Assembly: GCA_031835245.2 (NCBI GenBank)
Contig: JAVKOQ020000117.1
Span: 124,001-162,700 of the forward strand
Direction: 5' to 3'
Length of the DNA: 38,700 bases
Source of the DNA: Balamuthia mandrillaris
Taxonomy: Eukaryota
The position numbers and the translations under genes were made by a program. Under the pieces are notes generated by a model that was not told the DNA's origin, searched no databases, and saw only the letters and a list, made by a program, of their open reading frames with translations. Below are positions 34,223-38,700 of this stretch, piece by piece; position 1 is the stretch's first letter, and every line of letters begins with the position of its first letter.

Positions 34223-36757
34223 CCACAATCAGTAAGTAATGGAATGAGAAATCACAAAGGCATAACACTGCAAACAAACACCAAAAAGATAGCGCTCCGA
34301 TGGAGCGCTAAACAATCAACACCAAAAGACAATCAAAAAACAATGAATAATAAAAACACAAAACTGGAGTTAAAAAGCTGCCGCTCCGACGGAGCGCTAC
34401 TGCATAAGGATAGAATTGCAACCAAAACAGCCAACAAAAAGAAAAAAACACAAAGAGGAAAAGGACAAACAATCCAACAAACAAACTCCAACCAACAGAC
34501 AAAATGAAATATAATACATACATCCCAACACGTCGATCAGAATGGAATCATCACTCTCTTCATCCACTGCAACTGCTGATGGAGCTGTCTTGGGCATATT
34601 TGTCTTGCTTTTGCTATTTCCACCACCACCACCACGTGGTGTATCTGTATGCATGCATGCATGCATGCATGCAAGTGAGATGCGATGCATTTGTGTGTTG
34701 TTATTGTGCAAAGAAAGGACGGATATAAGCAAGTAATAACAAAAAGAAAAAAAGAAAAAAAAAAAACGAGTAGGAGTAGTGGATGTTGTGGTTGTTGTAA
34801 CCACCAAACATGAGCACCTCTTACCTGTTGCAGGAGTGATATCAACACTCATGAGACTGGCAATCTCATCGTCATCATCATCATCAGCATCAGCATCAGC
34901 ATCATCATTCTCTGAGGAGCTGCTATTGCTACTGCTGCTGCTGCTGATACTAGGAGCAGTAGACTTGGTAGAAGCTGTAGGCTTCTTTTTCTTCTTGGAT
35001 TTTTCTTCTTCCTGCTCTGACTCCTCTGACTTATCTGCCGCCTCTGACTCCTCCGACTCGGTGGCGGTCTTCTTTTTCTTCTTTTTCTGCTGTTGCTTCT
35101 GCTTCTGCTTCTGCTTCTGTTTTTGCTTCTGCTTCTGCTTTTGCTTCTGCTTTTGCTTCTTTTTCTTTTCTTTCAGCAGCAGATCATCATCTGCTTTCCG
35201 TGGCTTCTTGCTTGTTGCAGGAGAAGAAGAGGCAGCAGAGGATGACATAGCTCTTGGGCGCTTTGTTGAGCTTGGTTTTTGCTGCTTTCTTTTTGCTGCT
35301 ATTGCTGCTGTTGCTGCTGCTGCTATGTCCATTTTGTCTACAAACTCACCAACTGATGTAGCATTTGCATCATCATCACCACCACCACCACCACCACCAC
35401 CACCCAGACGACTGCCATCATCAAGACTAAACTCTGCATCATTCAAACTACTACTCTGGTGGTCCACAGCAGCAAAAGAGCGAAGGTCAGGCCCAAAAAA
35501 CTCTGTCAAGTCAATGCAGGGGCTGGCATCAACAGAGATATCTTGCTGCAGCTCACTGCTCTTCTGAGCCAGCTTGTCCATGGCTTTTTGGTGCCTAACC
35601 GAATGGCGTTTGGCGCGATGCTTCTCCCTCTTCATTTCTGTAGTGCCGACTTTGGTAGAGGCTGTATGGATGGGCTGCCACGTTTTGTCTTCCAATTGAT
35701 CCACATATTGTAAATCCCTGGAGAGTAACAGAAAGAGAAAAAGAGAGAGAGAGAAAGAGAGAAAGAGAGAGAGAGAGAGAAATAAAGAGGAAAAGAGAAA
35801 AAGAAAAGTGAAAAAATGGTGAGTTGTTGCTATGAAACAAACAAACAAACAAACAAACAAATAAAAAAACGACTTACCAATCAGCTGCGAGTGGTGATAT
35901 AGTATCCAGCTCAGGCAAATCTTTGACATGCACAATAGCAGCTGCATCGGATAACTGGCCTGCTGGCATGTTAGCTGTAGCAGAGCTGCTAGCTGTACTC
36001 TTGTTCTTGCTTTTGGTGCTGCTGCTGCTGCTTTTGCTTCGTCTTCGCTCAGGTTTTTTGGATTTTTCCACTGCGATGTGCGGCCACACTCGCTCCAGCT
36101 GAGAACGAACCGGATGATGAATGCGTGTCTTCCAGACCTTTCTGTCCAAAGGATCCAACTCCAGCAGAGTATTTTGTTGTTGCGCTTCCTTCACCAAGCA
36201 GCGACGAACAGCAAGCACCAACCGCCTAACATCCTCCAAGGGTCCAGAAAGGTTGATGCTGGTAGAAATGCGCATGCCTTTCAAGGATTTCAGACTGGCA
36301 AAGTTCAACGCGTTCTCTGCCAAGGCTTCTTGCACCGTAAAGGGAGGACAATAATGGGTCAGCTTTATACGGTAGAGGAACAACTTTTCCTTGGCGGAAT
36401 GCTGCTTATCTACTATCGCTTCCTTTTGGGCCGCTTGCTCTAATTGCTGGTGATCCAGTGGGGGATGTAAGAAGGCCTCTGGATCTTCCTCCATCATCGC
36501 TTCTTCTTCTTCTTCTTCTTCTTCTTCTTCTTCTTCTTCTTCTTCTTCTTGTTGCTCTTCGTCTTCATCTTCCTCTTCCTCTTCTTCTGACATCCTCTCT
36601 TGTTGTCCTTTCTTTTGATGACGGCTTGTTGTTGCCTTTGGGAGAGTAGCTGACATAAGGGCATCTGCCAAAGACGACTCATGTAACCATTCTTGGCTCA
36701 ATGGTGGCAAGCGAGTATTTTCCTCGTGTGTTGGGCTATCACTATGAGTAAGCGAGA

Positions 36758-36801
<44 letters not shown>

Positions 36802-38700
36802 GTGGACAAGCAAAGGGAATTTAAAGCGGAAAGGATAACAAGTCTCACTCGCAGCAAGCAAGTAAGGAAAGGAGGGAAGTAGGCACAACATACTGGATAG
36901 TTTTAGCATGTAATATCATAAATAGTTTCTGCAGGCCTAGAGGGAGTTGTCGATATACTAACAACAGTTCTTCACGGGTGAAGGGACCCTGAAAAACACG
37001 TCCTTTTCGCTTGCGCCGTTCATCAGTGGAGGGCATTTCCTTGAGAATGCTATACACTGCAGCATTAATGAGATTACGGATCCAAATCCCGGTGGGTGTC
37101 TCATAAAATCTGGACTGAGAGGGAGTAGCATCCAACAGTTGTTGTGGTGGCAGTGGTGAAGATTGGGGTGGATCCATAGGCAAGACCTCGTTGCCACGAT
37201 CAAGACCAAGCGCAGCTTGATGCAGCACGTCCCAATGACCCTTGCGAATGGATTGCGCTAGCCACTTCCACCACGGATTTTGCAGACCGTTGATGATCCA
37301 TGGTCCTTCAACGATGCTACCATGGCAGCGTAGGCCATTGGCCACGATATCACCCAATTCCTGGATGATTCCTTCATTTTGGGCCTGTAGCCATCCATAT
37401 GTACATTAAGGGATAACCAACAAAAAAAAAAAAATGAAAGTTAGCACTTTCCTTCCACCAGGCGCACATAACAATCTCCCAACCCACCCTAATAACCAAC
37501 TAAACAAACAAACAAACAGAAAAAAAAACAAACAGATGATGATGGACCTTGCGTCTACAAAACCTCAGAAAGATTTTGCTTTGCTCTGTGTTAACTTCTG
37601 AAGGAGGGCTGACCACCATGGGAATGTAATAATAAAACACCAACTGCTTCTGGATGGCTGGAGCCAAGGGGTGCAGCAGACGAAAGTCAGTTTTCGAAAT
37701 GAGGCCCCGGTTCTCTGCTGCCAGTTGGGAAATAACATCAATGGACATATGCTCCACTAGGGACAGATCTTGTCGAAAAGCATTGAGCGTAAAGGATTTC
37801 GCATGGGCCGCTGGCAAATCCTGTTTTGTGAGCACAAAATACGGTAGCATCTCCCGTGGAGGTAAGCTTTTCTTTGATTTGGCATCATCGAAAATATGTT
37901 CCGCAGCAGCAAGCGCCACTTTCAAGACCCTGTTGTTTTGAATCTGATTCATTGCCCTGACACAACATAACACACACATAGAAGTAAGTAGGTTGGTAGT
38001 AGGTAAGTAGGTAGGTAGGTAGGTCAGAAAACAAACAAACAAACAAACAAACAAACAAACAAACAAACAAACAAACAAACAAACAAACAAACAAACAAAC
38101 AAACACACACACACACACAAACAAACAAACAAACAAACAAACAAACAAACAAACAAACAAACAAACAACAAGAAGCACATACTCAGTCTTGGAGAGTTGA
38201 ACTGCATTGGAGAGCTTCAACAAAGTGTCAGCAAATGACCATTCTCGTGGTTTTACTTTGGTGTTGGGGTCTTCTACCATCGACACAATCTGATGCACCA
38301 GTAGTGCAAGAAGATGAATTATGTTGTAATAGCGACCGTAGATCGGCATGAGTGGTGATAACCACACACCATTGTTGCCTGCGAGCTGATAATGCTGTAT
38401 GACATCGCTTGCTGAACGATACACCGCGTTAAGATCATTGTCCGATATCTTGGCTGCCACCCTCTGCTGCTGAGGAGAAGAGGCAGCTGATAAGGAAGAA
38501 GAGACGGAGGGAGGGCTAGAAGGCGAGGTGGTGGTTGCTACAATAGCTGTGGTTCTCAGCGGAGTAGAAGGAGGAGTGAAGAGATTGCTGCTGGCCTCAC
38601 CACCCATCACACCAGCAGCACCAGATGAAGATGATGACGATGAGGAAAATGGTGAATGACCACTACTATTGCTTCTACCAGAAGGCGTGGGGCTCTCTTG
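33650..38700 (-). CDS. Large multi-exon hypothetical protein (>1200 aa, 5' end outside window), co-oriented and directly upstream of the recombinase
   Basis: Exons >38700-38183, 37956-37548, 37384-36894, 36741-35878, 35717-34825, 34644-34522 and 34119-33650 all join in phase at GT-AG junctions. No domain recognised. Confidence 0.75.
34290..34399. repeat. Two copies of a GC-rich palindrome (CGCTCC-GAY-GGAGCG) in an AT-rich intron
   Basis: TAGCGCTCC-GAT-GGAGCGCTA at 34290-34310 and CGCTCC-GAC-GGAGCG(CTA) at 34382-34399. Confidence 0.85.
37990..38170. repeat. (TAGG)n, (AAAC)n and (CA)n intronic microsatellites
   Basis: Visible arrays within intron 38182-37957. Confidence 0.9.

Larger units (their letters stand above)
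28780..38700 (-). mobile_element. Putative large tyrosine-recombinase (Crypton-like) DNA element; the other end lies beyond the window
   Basis: Intact intron-containing tyrosine recombinase, no RT/RNase H in view, a repeat structure ~100 bp past its stop codon that coincides with truncation of the neighbouring ORF, and a distinct microsatellite vocabulary. Boundaries are inferred. Confidence 0.6.

Noticed and set aside
28963..38700. DIRS/Ngaro retrotransposon
   Set aside because: No YxDD reverse transcriptase, RNase H or gag motifs were seen in the upstream exons, and the genes have many spliceosomal introns. An RT beyond the window cannot be excluded.
1..38700. tRNA, rRNA or other structured RNA genes
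   Set aside because: No recognisable signatures by eye; a tRNAscan-SE/Infernal run would be needed to exclude small RNAs.

Overview
Intron-rich eukaryotic DNA with microsatellite-filled GT-AG introns and low-complexity proteins; by style it is amoebozoan (Balamuthia-like), which is inference only. Bases 1-26600 hold ordinary host genes: a small membrane protein, a compact eIF4G-like protein (eIF4E-binding motif plus MIF4G), a large RhoGAP, a SAPS/PP6-regulatory protein with an RGG tail, pyrroline-5-carboxylate reductase, an F-box/WWE protein, a histidine phosphatase, an OAC1-like mitochondrial carrier and two divergent single-pass EGF surface proteins. From about 27000 the character changes. 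There is an orphan gene and a 5'-truncated fragment resembling an N4/N6 DNA methyltransferase, then a perfect 30-bp direct repeat enclosing (TTAGGG)2. Next is a spliced gene fusing an intact tyrosine recombinase to a C-terminal Myb domain with a telobox-like DKWRNL helix, and a >1200-aa co-oriented orphan gene that runs off the window. The best candidate for an undescribed system is this putative large Crypton-like tyrosine-recombinase DNA element. All exon models were read by eye; no database searches were run.
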